This document shows positions 9,277 through 20,047 of a stretch of 64,000 nt of DNA, in pieces. Both the position numbers and the translations under genes were made by a program. Source of the stretch: Gemmatimonadales bacterium (GTDB lineage Bacteria; Gemmatimonadota; Gemmatimonadetes; Gemmatimonadales; GWC2-71-9); NCBI GenBank assembly GCA_038205305.1, contig JBBRBZ010000003.1, positions 440 to 64,439 of the forward strand, given 5' to 3'. Numbering within the stretch: the first letter of the stretch is position 1; the number at the start of each line of letters is the position of its first letter. Below the pieces are notes generated by a model. The model had not been told where the DNA came from, did no database searches, and saw only the letters and a program-made list of their open reading frames with translations.

Positions 9277-10428
9277 CTACGATGGAACGGGCCGTCCCAC
9301 AACCCGAGCCCAGCCGTCGGGATCCGTCGCACCTTCGGTGGACCAGACCAAGACGCGGGGACGCGGCGGAAGTGTCAAGTGAGCCAGCACGGCCGCGTAC
9401 GCCGGATCGGCGTGCAACGCGAGCAAGCCGGCCACGCTCGCCGCCCCTGATTCGCCGGCAACGATCACCGGTTCACCCGCCTGCGGCGTTGCCAGACGTC
9501 GCATCGCCGACTCGGCCCAGTGATCCGGAATCGCCATCAGCGCATCGGCGCCGCGGACGATCACCTCCAGCGCGCTCGTGGACGGCCAGCCGCAGTTGAG
9601 GCCGGCCATGATGGTCTGGAGCGATCCACGCGCTCGAGTCGGTTCGCCCGCTAGAGCGGAGGCGAGCACGCAGTCTGCGGCCACCGGCTCGACCACCAGG
9701 ATGCGCGGGCGGGCCCGGCCGTAGCGGTGCCAAAGGTAGGAGATGATTGAGGCCGGCCAGGTTCCGACGCCGGCATGCAGCATCACCAGGTCCACTTGCG
9801 GGACCTGCGGCGTCAGGAGCGTGGCCTCGAGCTCTCGGGCATGGGTCCAGTAGCCCGCGGCAATCCACTCCGGAATCTCGAGGTATCCTGGCCGTGCCAT
9901 GTCCTGGATGAGCACCCATCCCGATCGGGCCGCCGCCTCGTGTGCCCTCGCGACTGCGGCATCATACCCCTCATCGACGATCACGACCTCTGCGCCTTCG
10001 CGTGCAATCGCGTCGAGACGCGCCGGCGCGGTATTCCCCGGCACGAAGATCACCGCTCGTGCGCCATGTCGTTTCGCGCTCCACGCCACGGCGCGGCCGT
10101 GATTGCCGTCGGTCGCCGTGGTAAACGTCGGATCCTGGGCATCCGGGTGGGTGCCAAGCCAGTGGGCGATCGCGAAGGAGGCGCCAAGCCCCTTGAAGGC
10201 GTTCAGCCCGAAGCGCGATGACTCGTCCTTGAGGTGCAGCGCAGCCAACCCCAATTCGGCGGCAAGGCTTGGCAGTGCATGAACCGAGGTGGGGTGGTAC
10301 TCGGGCAGCCGGCGGTGAAAGTCCCAGGCGGCATCGGCGAGCGCTGGCAGACGGACGAGGTCCGCTGGGGCCTGCGGCGCGCCGACCAGGTGGAACAGCG
10401 GCGTCACCGCGACGACTGGTCCTGCCAC
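9277..10428 (-). CDS. dpaL: Diaminopropionate ammonia-lyase (PLP-dependent, fold type II)
   Basis: LHLKDESSRFGLNAFKGLGASFAI (Lys-PLP region), TATDGNHGRAVAW, GVGTW; 383 aa. Pattern as in YgeX/DpaL. Confidence 0.8.
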   Translation of the reverse strand: MAGPVVAVTPLFHLVGAPQAPADLVRLPALADAAWDFHRRLPEYHPTSVHALPSLAAELGLAALHLKDESSRFGLNAFKGLGASFAIAHWLGTHPDAQDPTFTTATDGNHGRAVAWSAKRHGARAVIFVPGNTAPARLDAIAREGAEVVIVDEGYDAAVARAHEAAARSGWVLIQDMARPGYLEIPEWIAAGYWTHARELEATLLTPQVPQVDLVMLHAGVGTWPASIISYLWHRYGRARPRILVVEPVAADCVLASALAGEPTRARGSLQTIMAGLNCGWPSTSALEVIVRGADALMAIPDHWAESAMRRLATPQAGEPVIVAGESGAASVAGLLALHADPAYAAVLAHLTLPPRPRVLVWSTEGATDPDGWARVVGRPVPS

Positions 10429-10480
10429 GGGAGCACCCTTCGGGCGAAGCGTGGTCCGCTGGTGGTGACGTGCTGTCCAC

Positions 10481-11212
10481 TCACAGGGCGATCTGGATTC
10501 CCGACGTGAAGAGGCGATCGGTGTTGAGGTAGCCCGGCTGTGGCACGCCGTCGAAGCGGACGATGTAGGAGAGTTTGATGCCCACCTGCCTGGTCAGCGG
10601 CGCCAGCAGCGTCGACTCGGAGTTGATCCGGAGATCCTGGCTCTGATGGAAGTTCGGGAGGAATTCGATCGACTGGCTGACCGTCGCGCGCGGGCCGATG
10701 TGGTGCTGGTAGGCCGTTGCAGCCCGGCCACCCAGGAAGTCGAGATTGGAGCCCTTGGTGGTACTGACGGCACGTTGCGACGTCAGGGAGATGCCGCCCT
10801 CGACCACCAGATGGTCCTCCTTGGTCTTGATCACGTCAGCCGACAACCCGGTGACGCCCGAGGCCCGCGACGCCAACCCCGCGAAGACGTTCCGCTCGAA
10901 GGTCAGTGAGGTGTAAACCGCCAACGTTCTCGCGACAGCCGCATCAAGACGCACCGACCCACGCCAGGCGGAGGTCACCGTCTGTCCCTTGCTGCGTCCC
11001 TTGACCACCGAGAACTGCTGACTCACCGTCATCGTCCCCGTCTGAGCGGTGATCTTGTTGCCGAGATTGAGGGTCTGGACCGAGGTATTGCCGGAGGTCG
11101 CGACGTACCCCACATCGCCCGTGAACTTCACGTGCGTCGGCTTCGGGGGGGCCTTGACCGTGTCGGCGCCCACGAGGGAGAGGAGGAGGGGTAACGCCAC
11201 TGCCAGCATCAT
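10481..11212 (-). CDS. DUF481 outer-membrane beta-barrel protein (YdiY-like)
   Basis: Start at MMLAVALPLLLSLVGA (signal peptide). Alternating beta-strand pattern; C-terminus DRLFTSGIQIAL ends in an aromatic/aliphatic OMP-type signature. Confidence 0.7.
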   Translation of the reverse strand: MMLAVALPLLLSLVGADTVKAPPKPTHVKFTGDVGYVATSGNTSVQTLNLGNKITAQTGTMTVSQQFSVVKGRSKGQTVTSAWRGSVRLDAAVARTLAVYTSLTFERNVFAGLASRASGVTGLSADVIKTKEDHLVVEGGISLTSQRAVSTTKGSNLDFLGGRAATAYQHHIGPRATVSQSIEFLPNFHQSQDLRINSESTLLAPLTRQVGIKLSYIVRFDGVPQPGYLNTDRLFTSGIQIAL

Positions 11213-11307
11213 GTTGGGAAGTCTCCTGCCAGCCCGGAAACCGGACGGACGGCCAGGGTGTCCGCCCAAGCTAACCCACTGGGGAGGCTCGCGCCTACTG
11301 GGAGCGG

Positions 11308-12489
11308 TCACTCTGCTCGAGAGGAGGATAGTTGCTGCATCACCCGCTCGAGCGCGTCGGCATCCGGCACGGTCCCCTGCGCCACCTTGGGCGAGCCACC
11401 GCCACGCCCACCGACGGCCGCGAGGGCGGCCTTCAGGGCAGCACCGGCGTCGGTCCCGCTGTTGGCGCCGGTGGCGTAGTAGATCGTTGCCGGCGACGAT
11501 GTCGCCGCCAAGAGGATCACGCCATCGAGCGTCGCGGCGTGTTGCGCCATGGCGCGGAGCAGGGCGGCGGAGTCGGTGTCCGTACGATGGCTGACCCGCC
11601 GGACACCGTCGGCCGAGGGCACGACGCTCGCCACCAGCGCATTCACCCGCGACACCGCTACCTCACGCTCGAGCAGTTCGACCGCGCCGCGCAAGTTCTT
11701 CAGCTCCACCTGCCGCTTCGCCACGAGGTCGGGCAACTCGTTGACCGCACAGGACACCGACTCGGCAAGCGCGGCAAGTTCCTGCTCGTGTGCGTGCAGC
11801 CGTGCGAGCACCCGATTCCCTGCGAGAAAACCGACGCGCACATGCCCGCGAATCTTCTCGATGCCGTGGACCAGAATCGTGCCGATCGCGGCCGTCGATG
11901 CCACGTGCGTCCCGCCGCAGGCACTCCGGTCGAGGCCTGCGATGGTCACGACGCGGATCTCACCCGTGCGCGTCGGAGCCTTGCGCAACCCGCGCGCAAC
12001 GGCGGCATCAGCTTCCTCGAAGGAGAGCGTCACCGGCACCGCCGCCGCAATCGACGCATTCGCCGCCGACTCGAGTTCGCCCAGCGCACCCTCGCTCACG
12101 CTCGCGACGGCGAATTCGATGGTCGAATGTTCCTCGCCAAAATGCACGCTGGCGGTTTCCCAGCCGTAGGCATCGGCGGCGATCGCCGAGAGGAGATGTT
12201 GGGCGGTGTGCTGCTGCATATGATCGTGTCGACGCGCGGCGTTGATCTCGCCGTGCACCGCCCCGAGCGGGAGCGGCGCGTCGAGCAGATGAATGACACG
12301 CGCGTCGTCATCGATCACGTCGATGACGCGAACGCCGTTGAGTGTCCCGATATCATGCGGTTGCCCGCCCGAGGTGGGATAGAATGCACTTCGATCGAGG
12401 ACGACTTCGTGGTCGCTCGCTCCGTGCGAGACAGCCACGGCGTCGAACTCGAGCAACTCGGCATCGCGGTAGTAGAGTCGCTCGGTCAC
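11308..12489 (-). CDS. alaX: Alanyl-tRNA editing protein AlaX-L (AlaRS editing domain plus DHHA1-like C-terminus)
   Basis: MTERLYYRDAELLEFDA, zinc motif HDHMQQHTAQHLLS and CGGTHV, C-terminal GGRGGGSPKVAQG. Confidence 0.85.
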   Translation of the reverse strand: MTERLYYRDAELLEFDAVAVSHGASDHEVVLDRSAFYPTSGGQPHDIGTLNGVRVIDVIDDDARVIHLLDAPLPLGAVHGEINAARRHDHMQQHTAQHLLSAIAADAYGWETASVHFGEEHSTIEFAVASVSEGALGELESAANASIAAAVPVTLSFEEADAAVARGLRKAPTRTGEIRVVTIAGLDRSACGGTHVASTAAIGTILVHGIEKIRGHVRVGFLAGNRVLARLHAHEQELAALAESVSCAVNELPDLVAKRQVELKNLRGAVELLEREVAVSRVNALVASVVPSADGVRRVSHRTDTDSAALLRAMAQHAATLDGVILLAATSSPATIYYATGANSGTDAGAALKAALAAVGGRGGGSPKVAQGTVPDADALERVMQQLSSSRAE

Positions 12490-13286
12490 GTCGCCATCAC
12501 CTCGTCACCGACCCGGAGCACCCCGGGCGCGCACGGCACCATATTCTGTCCGAAGATGGCACCGAATCCCTCCTGCATGCGGAATTGCTTCAGGGTCCGC
12601 AGCGGCTCCTGAGTGGTGTGGCGCACCCCGCTCTCCTGATCGGTGGTGGTGATGACGCAGCGGGCGCACGGCTTCACGCCGTCGAGCTCCATCCCCCCCA
12701 TCCTCACATGCTGCCAACCATCCTCGGCCCAAGGCTCAGCGCCACCGACCACCAGTGTGGGACGGAAGCGCGCCATCGGCACCGGCTGCTCGAGTCGACG
12801 ATTGAGGTCGGCGAGTGACGCCTCAGTGGTCGCCATCACCGGGTAGCCGTCGGTGAACGCTGTCTCGGCATCAGCACGCGGCGAATAGCGGGCACTGATC
12901 GGGTTGCGAGTCATGCTACCGAATCGGACCAAGCGGCAGTTGTGGTCGATTGCCGAAGAGAACCAGGCGGCGGCCTCGTCACCCTGGTCGACAGCCTGAA
13001 GCCCCTCACTCCCCCACACCGTCACCGACCGGATCGTCCCCTCGCCGAGCAGCCGCAGGTCGAGTCGCGACAATCCCGGGGCTTCGGCGCGAAGCGTCTC
13101 GCCCTCCAGATATGGTACCACCGTGGCCATCGCGGCAATCTCGCGTTGCGACAGGAAGCGGCCGTTGCCATCGACCAGCATCAGCCGTCGGTCGCCCACC
13201 GGGCCGAGGCGATCAAAAGGGAGCTCGGTGACCGCATGACCGCGGCAGGACTTGATCGGGTAGCGGTGCAGGGAGGTGATGTGCAT
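12486..13286 (-). CDS. MOSC domain protein (YcbX-like, with N-terminal beta-barrel)
   Basis: MHITSLHRYPIKSCRG ..., RFRPTLVV, KPCARCVITTTDQ (conserved Cys). 4-nt overlap with alaX. Confidence 0.85.
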   Translation of the reverse strand: MHITSLHRYPIKSCRGHAVTELPFDRLGPVGDRRLMLVDGNGRFLSQREIAAMATVVPYLEGETLRAEAPGLSRLDLRLLGEGTIRSVTVWGSEGLQAVDQGDEAAAWFSSAIDHNCRLVRFGSMTRNPISARYSPRADAETAFTDGYPVMATTEASLADLNRRLEQPVPMARFRPTLVVGGAEPWAEDGWQHVRMGGMELDGVKPCARCVITTTDQESGVRHTTQEPLRTLKQFRMQEGFGAIFGQNMVPCAPGVLRVGDEVMAT

Positions 13287-13367
13287 CCCGGAAACCTACT
13301 TCCTCGCACGGGATGACAGGACTGGCGTCACCTGACCATCTTTCCGCCCTCTCTCACGGGACCTCCC

Positions 13368-15377
13368 ATGCGCGCTTCGCTCCTCATGGTCGCCCTCATC
13401 GCTGGTGTGGTGGACCTGTCTGCTCAGGCCGCGCCGCCGCACACCCTGCTGCCGGTCCCCTCGACGGTCTCGATGACCGGGTCCAGGCTCCCGCTCGACA
13501 CCGGCCTCACGGTCGCGATCACCGGCTTTCGCGATGGCCGACTCGAACGGGCCATCGGCCGCGCGCTCGGGCGACTCGAGGGACGGATCACCGTGCCGCT
13601 CTCGCGGAAGTACTCCGCCGATCCATCGGCCCGAGTGGTGATCAAGGTGACCGGGGCAGGCTTCGCGGTGCCCAATGTGGAGGAAAATGAGAGCTACTCC
13701 CTCGACGTCACCGACCAGCAGGCAGTTCTCTCCGCCGCGACCGTCGTGGGCGCGATTCGTGGACTCGAGACGCTGCTGCAACTGCAGTCGGCCGATGCGC
13801 AGGGCTATTTCCTGCAGGGCAGCCACATTCAAGATGCGCCGCGCTTCAAGTGGCGTGGGCTGCTGGAGGACGTGAGTCGCCATTTCGAACCGGTCGACCA
13901 GGTCAAGCGCACTCTCGACGGCATGGCGATGGTCAAGCTGAATGTGCTCCATTGGCACCTCTCGGATGACCAGGGCTTTCGGGTCGAGAGCAAGCGCTAC
14001 CCGCGGCTGCAGGAGTTCGGCTCCGACGGCCTCTACTACACGCAAGCGGAGATCAAAGACATCGTCGCCTACGCCACCGACCGGGGTATTCGCATCGTGC
14101 CGGAGTTCGATGTGCCCGGCCATTCCACCTCGTGGTTGGTGGGCTACCCCGAGCTCGGCACCACGGCAGGGCCGTTCGCCATTTCGCGCACCTGGGGCGT
14201 CCTCCCTGACGTGATGAGTCCGATCAAGGAGAGCACCTTCCGCTTCCTCGACGGCTTCATTGGCGAGATGGCGACGCTCTTTCCCGATGCCTACTGGCAC
14301 ATCGGCGGTGATGAGGTGAACCCGGTCCAGTGGAAGGCGAGCACGACCATTCAGGCCTACATGAAGGCCCACGGCATCAAGAATGAAGACGGCATGCAGG
14401 TGGCCTTCAATCGCCGGCTCTTCGGCATTCTCAAGGCGCACGGCAAGCAGCCGGTGGGCTGGGATGAGATCCTGCAGCCTGACCTGCCGACGGCGGCGGT
14501 GATTCAATCGTGGCGCGGCGTGAACTACCTGACCACCGCCGCCCAGCAGGGTCGTCGCGCCATTCTCTCGGCGCCGTACTATCTCGACCATATCGACCTC
14601 GCACGCGATCTCTATCTGGCCGATCCGCTCCCCGCCAACAACACCCTCACCCCCGGACAGCAGGCGCTGATCCTGGGTGGCGAGGCCTGCATGTGGAGCG
14701 AGTACGTTACGCCGGAAACGATCGAATCACGCATCTGGCCGCGGCTCGGTGCGGTGGCGGAGCGACTCTGGTCGCCGCAGTCGGTCAATGACGTCAATGA
14801 CATGTATCGTCGCCTCGAGGTGACCTCGCGCCGGCTCACCGAATTCGGGCTCACCCATGAGAGCCACACCAACCAGATGATCGCTCGCTTCGCCGGCGGC
14901 GCCGACGCCGCGGTCTTCTCCTCGCTGCTCGACTACGCCCGTCCACGCGGATTCAGTGGGCGTGGCACCAACCAGTTCTCACCGCTCACGCGACTCATCG
15001 ACGCCGCCCGGACCGACCCGTGGAATGGCTGGCGCATGCTCGACCGCGCCCAGCGCGCCGCGGCGGGCGACGGCGAAGCGGTCCGTGCACTGCATGAAGA
15101 CTTTGCGAGGATGGCCGAATTCCGGTCCCAGCTTGAGACGATGCGGGAGCGGATCCCGATGGCCAACGACGGCATCCCGGTGGCAGGCGCCCTGCTCGGT
15201 CTCTCGCAGGTTGGCGATCAGGCGCTCACCCTGATCACGCGGAAGAGCGCCCCCACCGCGGCATGGCGTGCCACGGCCGATTCGGTGCTCAAGGCCACCG
15301 AAGGAAAGACCTTCGGGCTGCTCCGTCCGGTCGGGGCCGACGCGGTGCGCGCGCTCGTGAACGCCGTCCCCAAGTAG
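13368..15377 (+). CDS. Glycoside hydrolase family 20 beta-N-acetylhexosaminidase, secreted
   Basis: Signal peptide MRASLLMVALIAGVVDLSAQA. Motifs RGLLEDVSRHF, NVLHWHLSDDQGFR, PEFDVPGHS, HIGGDEV, GGEACMWSE. Confidence 0.9.
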   Translation: MRASLLMVALIAGVVDLSAQAAPPHTLLPVPSTVSMTGSRLPLDTGLTVAITGFRDGRLERAIGRALGRLEGRITVPLSRKYSADPSARVVIKVTGAGFAVPNVEENESYSLDVTDQQAVLSAATVVGAIRGLETLLQLQSADAQGYFLQGSHIQDAPRFKWRGLLEDVSRHFEPVDQVKRTLDGMAMVKLNVLHWHLSDDQGFRVESKRYPRLQEFGSDGLYYTQAEIKDIVAYATDRGIRIVPEFDVPGHSTSWLVGYPELGTTAGPFAISRTWGVLPDVMSPIKESTFRFLDGFIGEMATLFPDAYWHIGGDEVNPVQWKASTTIQAYMKAHGIKNEDGMQVAFNRRLFGILKAHGKQPVGWDEILQPDLPTAAVIQSWRGVNYLTTAAQQGRRAILSAPYYLDHIDLARDLYLADPLPANNTLTPGQQALILGGEACMWSEYVTPETIESRIWPRLGAVAERLWSPQSVNDVNDMYRRLEVTSRRLTEFGLTHESHTNQMIARFAGGADAAVFSSLLDYARPRGFSGRGTNQFSPLTRLIDAARTDPWNGWRMLDRAQRAAAGDGEAVRALHEDFARMAEFRSQLETMRERIPMANDGIPVAGALLGLSQVGDQALTLITRKSAPTAAWRATADSVLKATEGKTFGLLRPVGADAVRALVNAVPK

Positions 15378-15473
15378 CACCATGCCCATCCGGGGCCGCC
15401 CCCTTTGCATGGCCCCGGCAACGCCGTAACCTTCGAGCTTCCCGTTCTGGCCATCCCATTCCGAGGCACGTCC

Positions 15474-16223
15474 ATGTCCCGTCGAGCGCATGCTCGCGTC
15501 GCGCTGCTCACGGTCGCCCTCTGTGCGGCGTGTGCCGGCCATAGTTCCCGCCCCGCCGCGACCGCGGCCCCCGTGATTCCCGAACCAACCGGCCCAAACA
15601 CCATCACCTCCGCCGAGCGACGGTCGGGGTGGGACCTGCTGTTCGATGGTACCACACTCAACGGCTGGCATACCTACAAGCAGGCGCCTGGTATCACCAC
15701 CGGTTGGACGGTGCAGAACGGCACCATCACCCGCACCGCGTCGGCCGGCGATCTGGTGAGTGATCTCCAGTACGACTCCTTCGAGCTCGACTTGGAATGG
15801 AAGGTTGCTCCGGGAGCCAACAGCGGGGTCTTCTGGTGGGCGAATGAGGGGACCGACGAGGTCTACATGAACGCGCCTGAGATGCAGATTCTCGACAATC
15901 TCGGGCACGGTGACGGCAAGTCGCCGTTGACGGCCGCCGGATCGCTCTATGCCCTCTACCCCACCCGTCTTGACCTGGTGAAGCCGGTCGGCGAGTGGAA
16001 CAGCGCCAGCCTCGTGGTGCACGGCAGCAAGGTGCAGCAGTGGCTCAACGGGGTGAAGGTCGTCGACGTGAATTTCGATTCAAAGGAGATGAAGGAGAAG
16101 ATCGCGGCGAGCAAGTTCAAGGACTGGGATACGTTCGGCAAGGCACGACGGGGCCACATCGCTTTGCAGGAGCATGGCGGCAGCGTCTGGTTCCGCAACA
16201 TCAAACTGAAGGAGTTCCAGTGA
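15474..16223 (+). CDS. DUF1080 (3-keto-disaccharide hydrolase-like, concanavalin fold) protein, secreted
   Basis: Start at [22 protein letters not shown]. Motifs [43 protein letters not shown]. Confidence 0.8.
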   Translation: MSRRAHARVALLTVALCAACAGHSSRPAATAAPVIPEPTGPNTITSAERRSGWDLLFDGTTLNGWHTYKQAPGITTGWTVQNGTITRTASAGDLVSDLQYDSFELDLEWKVAPGANSGVFWWANEGTDEVYMNAPEMQILDNLGHGDGKSPLTAAGSLYALYPTRLDLVKPVGEWNSASLVVHGSKVQQWLNGVKVVDVNFDSKEMKEKIAASKFKDWDTFGKARRGHIALQEHGGSVWFRNIKLKEFQ

Positions 16224-17410
16224 GCGATCGCCTCAAGCTGCAGGTGATGATGTTTCTCCAGTATTTCATCTGGGGGAGCTGGTTCGTCACCATGGGTACC
16301 TATCTCTCGCAGACCCGGCAGTTCACTGGCGAGCAGGTCGGCTTGGCGTATGGCGCCACCGCGATCGCCGCGCTGGTCTCACCGTTCTTCCTGGGGATCA
16401 TCGCCGACCGGCTCTTCTCATCCGAAAAACTGCTGGCCGTCCTGCACCTGCTCGGCGCCGCGCTGATGTACCACCTCAGCACTCAGCAGACCTTCGGCAC
16501 TTTCTACCCGGTGCTGATTGGCTACGCGCTCTGCTACATGCCGACCCTTTCGCTCACCAACACCGTCGCCTTCCACCACGTCAGTGATCCGGGAAAGGAC
16601 TTTCCCATCATCCGCGTGCTCGGCACCATTGGCTGGATCGTCGCCGGCATCCTGATCGGCAAGGTGCTCCACGCCGACGCGCTGGCCACACCAATGCGCG
16701 TGGCGGCCGGTGCCTCGGTGGTGATGGGATTCTTCTCCCTCACCCTGCCGCACACCCCGCCCAAGGCTGCCGGAACTGCCTTTTCGGTGCGTGACGCCCT
16801 GGGCCTCGATGCACTGCAACTGCTCAAGGATCCTTCGTTCGCGATGTTTGCCCTGGGATCATTCCTGCTCTGCATTCCGTTGCAGTTCTACTACTCGTTC
16901 GCCAACCCCTTCCTGAACGAGATCGGCGTCAAGGACGCCGCCTTCATCCAGACCTTCGGCCAGATGTCCGAGTTCGTCTTCATGCTCGCACTGCCGTTCC
17001 TGCTCAAGCGCCTCGGCATCAAGTGGATCATGGTCGTGGGCATGGCGGCCTGGGCGGCGCGCTATTTCGCCTTCAGCGCCGGCAACGCCGGCAACATGAT
17101 GTGGCTCATCCTCATTGGCATCGTGCTCCATGGCGTCTGCTATGACTTCTTCTTCGTCAGCGGCCAGATCTACACCGACGAGCGCGCCGGCCCCAAGATC
17201 CGCGGTGCTGCCCAGGGCTTCCTCAACTTCCTCACCAATGGCGTCGGCTATTTCATTGGCGCCTTCGTGTCGGGGAAGGTTGTGGATGCCTACTTGATCT
17301 CCCCGGGACATCATGACTGGCACGCGATCTGGCTGGTGCCGGCCATTGGAGCGGCGGGGATTGCGCTGATCTTTGCCGCGGCGTTTCGGCCCAGGGCGAG
17401 CGTGGCGTGA
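16220..17410 (+). CDS. MFS transporter of the nucleoside:H+ symporter (NupG/XapB-like) family, substrate unknown
   Basis: GTG at 16220 overlaps the DUF1080 stop (GTGA). [29 protein letters not shown], 12 hydrophobic segments. Confidence 0.8.
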   Translation: MSDRLKLQVMMFLQYFIWGSWFVTMGTYLSQTRQFTGEQVGLAYGATAIAALVSPFFLGIIADRLFSSEKLLAVLHLLGAALMYHLSTQQTFGTFYPVLIGYALCYMPTLSLTNTVAFHHVSDPGKDFPIIRVLGTIGWIVAGILIGKVLHADALATPMRVAAGASVVMGFFSLTLPHTPPKAAGTAFSVRDALGLDALQLLKDPSFAMFALGSFLLCIPLQFYYSFANPFLNEIGVKDAAFIQTFGQMSEFVFMLALPFLLKRLGIKWIMVVGMAAWAARYFAFSAGNAGNMMWLILIGIVLHGVCYDFFFVSGQIYTDERAGPKIRGAAQGFLNFLTNGVGYFIGAFVSGKVVDAYLISPGHHDWHAIWLVPAIGAAGIALIFAAAFRPRASVA

Positions 17411-17417
17411 ACAAACA

Positions 17418-17462
17418 CCGAGAGCCGCGAGACGCTTGGTTCCTTGCCTCCTCGTCTCTCGG
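17418..17462. repeat. Short GAGAGAC-type inverted element (terminator-like hairpin)
   Basis: CCGAGAGCCGCGAGACG ... CCTCCTCGTCTCTCGG, beginning 8 nt after the MFS stop (17410). Confidence 0.6.
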
Positions 17463-17480
17463 TTGTTCCGGAGGGCTGTG

Positions 17481-18221
17481 ATGTTTGTGATCGAGGCTTG
17501 TGTTGACTCCTACTCCTCCGCTCTCGCTGCGCAGGCGGGGGGTGCCGATCGTGTCGAGCTCTGTGACAACCTCGCGGACGGCGGCACCACGCCAAGCCAC
17601 GGCGTGCTGGCGGTGGCGCTTGAGCACCTCACCATCCCCGTCTTTCCGATCATCCGACCGCGTGGCGGGAGCTTCATCTATTCGGCCGATGAGATCGAGG
17701 TGATGGAGCGCGACGTATTGCACGCCGCAGAACTGGAGGCGCCCGGGATCGTCATCGGTGCGCTGACACGCGAGGGCCGCGTGGACGAGGCCACCGTTGA
17801 GTTGCTGCAGGCCGTGGCCGAGGATTGCGCCATCACCTTTCATCGCGCCTTCGATGTCTGCCGCGACCCGCATGAGGCATTGGAGTCCCTCATTCGCCTC
17901 GGCGTGCAGCGCGTGCTCACCTCAGGTCAGCGTGAGACTGCTTGGGAGGGACGCGTACTGCTCGCCGAGCTGGTGAAGCAGGCCGGCGATCGGATCGTGA
18001 TCATGGCGGGTGGAGATGTCGATGAAGAGAATGCCGCCGCGCTCGTGCGCGAAACCGGTGTGCAGGAAATCCATGTGCGGGGAACCAAGCGGATCAATGA
18101 ACCGATGGTCTTTCACGATCACCTGGTGCCTTTCCGGCGACCGCTCCCCACCGACGAAACCGCGCGCTCGGTAACCGACCCAGAGCGACTGCTGGCGATT
18201 CGGGCAGCGCTCACCCGCTAG
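17481..18221 (+). CDS. cutC: Copper homeostasis protein CutC family (TIM barrel)
   Basis: Start at MFVIEACVDS after GGAGGG. Motifs AGGADRVELC, GGTTPS, PVFPIIRPRGGSF, HRAFD, RVLTSG. Confidence 0.85.
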   Translation: MFVIEACVDSYSSALAAQAGGADRVELCDNLADGGTTPSHGVLAVALEHLTIPVFPIIRPRGGSFIYSADEIEVMERDVLHAAELEAPGIVIGALTREGRVDEATVELLQAVAEDCAITFHRAFDVCRDPHEALESLIRLGVQRVLTSGQRETAWEGRVLLAELVKQAGDRIVIMAGGDVDEENAAALVRETGVQEIHVRGTKRINEPMVFHDHLVPFRRPLPTDETARSVTDPERLLAIRAALTR

Positions 18222-18226
18222 CGCCG

Positions 18227-19204
18227 CTATCCCTGGGCTTCGAGCGCCTCGGCGAACTGCCGCACCACCTCGCCCGCGGGGAGGATCGTGTCGATCCCCT
18301 CGACGCTCTTGCCGGCCTGCCAGTACTCATCGCCCCCTGTCGGATCGAGCGATGCCGCCTTGAGCTGGCGGAACGATCGCACCGCGTAGAAGAGCCGCAT
18401 CCACTTCTTCCGTTTCCGCCCCTTGAGCATCCACCGCGCGAACGGTCCCGCGTGCAACCCCATGCGATCGATCTTGGGCGTGCGAATCACCGCCACAGGT
18501 ACCCCGGTGATCCGTTCGGTATGCACGATGTCCGCCTCGCGAGCCGTCAGGATCGCCTGCTTGTACGGTTCGCTCGCCTGGCACTCGCTGGTGGCAATGA
18601 AGCGAGTCCCGCATTGCACCCCGGCATAGCCCAAGTCGAGCATCGCACGGAACTCCGCTGGTGTCCCGACGCCCCCGGCGGCGACCACCGGTAGCCCCAG
18701 CGGGGTCAGCTCTGCCAACAGTTCAGCGGCGCCCCGCTCCCCAGCGTGACCACCGGCGCGCCGATTCACCGCGATGAACCCCCTGACGCCTCCCGCTGCC
18801 CCCTTTTCCGCCCACTTCCGCTCGGTCACGTCGTGATAGACAATCCCCCCGACCGGTTCGACCATCTGCACCACCCACTTGGGGTTGCCCAGCGAGGTCA
18901 CGAAGAAGCGCACCCCTTCCTCCAGCGCAATCGCAATCCACTGCTCCATCCGCTTCCGGTAGGTACTGCTCGAATCCTCGATCAGCGCGTTCATGCCGAT
19001 TGGCAGGTTGCTCAGCGAACGGATGAACCGCAGTCCTTCGCGAAAATTGTGGCCATACACATAGGTCAGCGAGATCGGCTGGACGATGCCCATCCCGCCG
19101 GCGGCGGATACGGCAGCCACCAGTTCCGGGTTTGAGCATGGGTACATCGCGCCGCAGAGCAGCGGCACCCGGATTCCCGCATCGCGCGTGAGGGCGGTCT
19201 CCAT
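18227..19204 (-). CDS. Nitronate monooxygenase / FabK-like FMN oxidoreductase
   Basis: Start at METALTRDAGIRVPLLCGAMYPCSNPELVAAVSAAGGMG; the ATG overlaps the upstream stop by 1 nt. Motifs VVAAGGVGTP, GYAGVQCGTRFI. Confidence 0.8.
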   Translation of the reverse strand: METALTRDAGIRVPLLCGAMYPCSNPELVAAVSAAGGMGIVQPISLTYVYGHNFREGLRFIRSLSNLPIGMNALIEDSSSTYRKRMEQWIAIALEEGVRFFVTSLGNPKWVVQMVEPVGGIVYHDVTERKWAEKGAAGGVRGFIAVNRRAGGHAGERGAAELLAELTPLGLPVVAAGGVGTPAEFRAMLDLGYAGVQCGTRFIATSECQASEPYKQAILTAREADIVHTERITGVPVAVIRTPKIDRMGLHAGPFARWMLKGRKRKKWMRLFYAVRSFRQLKAASLDPTGGDEYWQAGKSVEGIDTILPAGEVVRQFAEALEAQG

Positions 19205-19674
19205 CAGAGTGGCGGCGCCAGGCGCCAGGTGGCGGTGATTATTGCGACCGTCTCGCCAGAGGAGTCCGTGATCGCTGCGGTGACCGGCACCTCGATGGGT
19301 TCGGTGACCACGGGTGGCGTTGCGGTACACTCCGCGACCAGGGTGCCGCGCGCCTTCTTCTGGTAGCTGATGTTGATCCCCACCAGGATCCCGCGCGCAT
19401 TTCCCGCCGCAGTGAGCATTGCCATGCCGGTGGCCACCTCCCCGAGGTTGGCGAGCGCGATGGCGTGGATGGAGTGGAGATGGTTCCGCACCGCACGACG
19501 GTCACGCAGCGAGACGCGGGCATGGCCCGGCTCGAGCAGCTCGACGCGCGCCCCGATCGATCCGGTGTAGGGCACCATCCATCCGAGCATTCGCGCGAAG
19601 AGCCACCTCCCGCCGGGAAGTGGCTCCAGTCGGTGCCACCAGCTGAGCAGTCGCTCCGCGATCGGCTCAGCCAT
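19204..19674 (-). CDS. DUF4442 / hotdog-fold (PaaI-type thioesterase-like) protein
   Basis: Start at MAEPIAERLLSWWHRL. Motifs PYTGSIGARVELLEPGHARVSL, NHLHSIHAIALANLGE, INISYQKKARGTL. Confidence 0.7.
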   Translation of the reverse strand: MAEPIAERLLSWWHRLEPLPGGRWLFARMLGWMVPYTGSIGARVELLEPGHARVSLRDRRAVRNHLHSIHAIALANLGEVATGMAMLTAAGNARGILVGINISYQKKARGTLVAECTATPPVVTEPIEVPVTAAITDSSGETVAIITATWRLAPPL

Positions 19675-20047
19675 GCTCGGGAGGCGCCGCCTCCTCGACC
19701 ACCACGGCCGTCCCATAGCAGAGCACTTCGCTGACCCCCCGCATGATCTCGGTGGCGTCGTAGCGCACGCCGATGACAGCGTTGGCACCCAGGTTCTGCG
19801 CCTGCTGCAACATGATCTCGTAGGCGTTCTCGCGTGCCAGCTCGCACATCGAGGTGTAGATGGTGATGTTGCCGCCGAAGATCATCTGCACCCCGGCGCC
19901 GATGTTGCCGAAGATCGACCGCGAGCGCACCACGATACCACGCACCAGTCCGAGCGACTGGGCGACGTAGTATCCCGGCACGTCAAAGGTGGTGCTGGTG
20001 AACTCATGGGGAATCGGGGTGATACCGCGTCGCGTTACGGCTGCCAT
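19667..20047 (-). CDS. YbjQ (UPF0145) family protein
   Basis: GYYVAQSLGLVRGIVVRSRSIFGNIGAG, ELARENAYEIMLQQAQNLGANAVIGVRYD. 8-nt overlap with the next gene. Confidence 0.8.
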   Translation of the reverse strand: MAAVTRRGITPIPHEFTSTTFDVPGYYVAQSLGLVRGIVVRSRSIFGNIGAGVQMIFGGNITIYTSMCELARENAYEIMLQQAQNLGANAVIGVRYDATEIMRGVSEVLCYGTAVVVEEAAPPEHG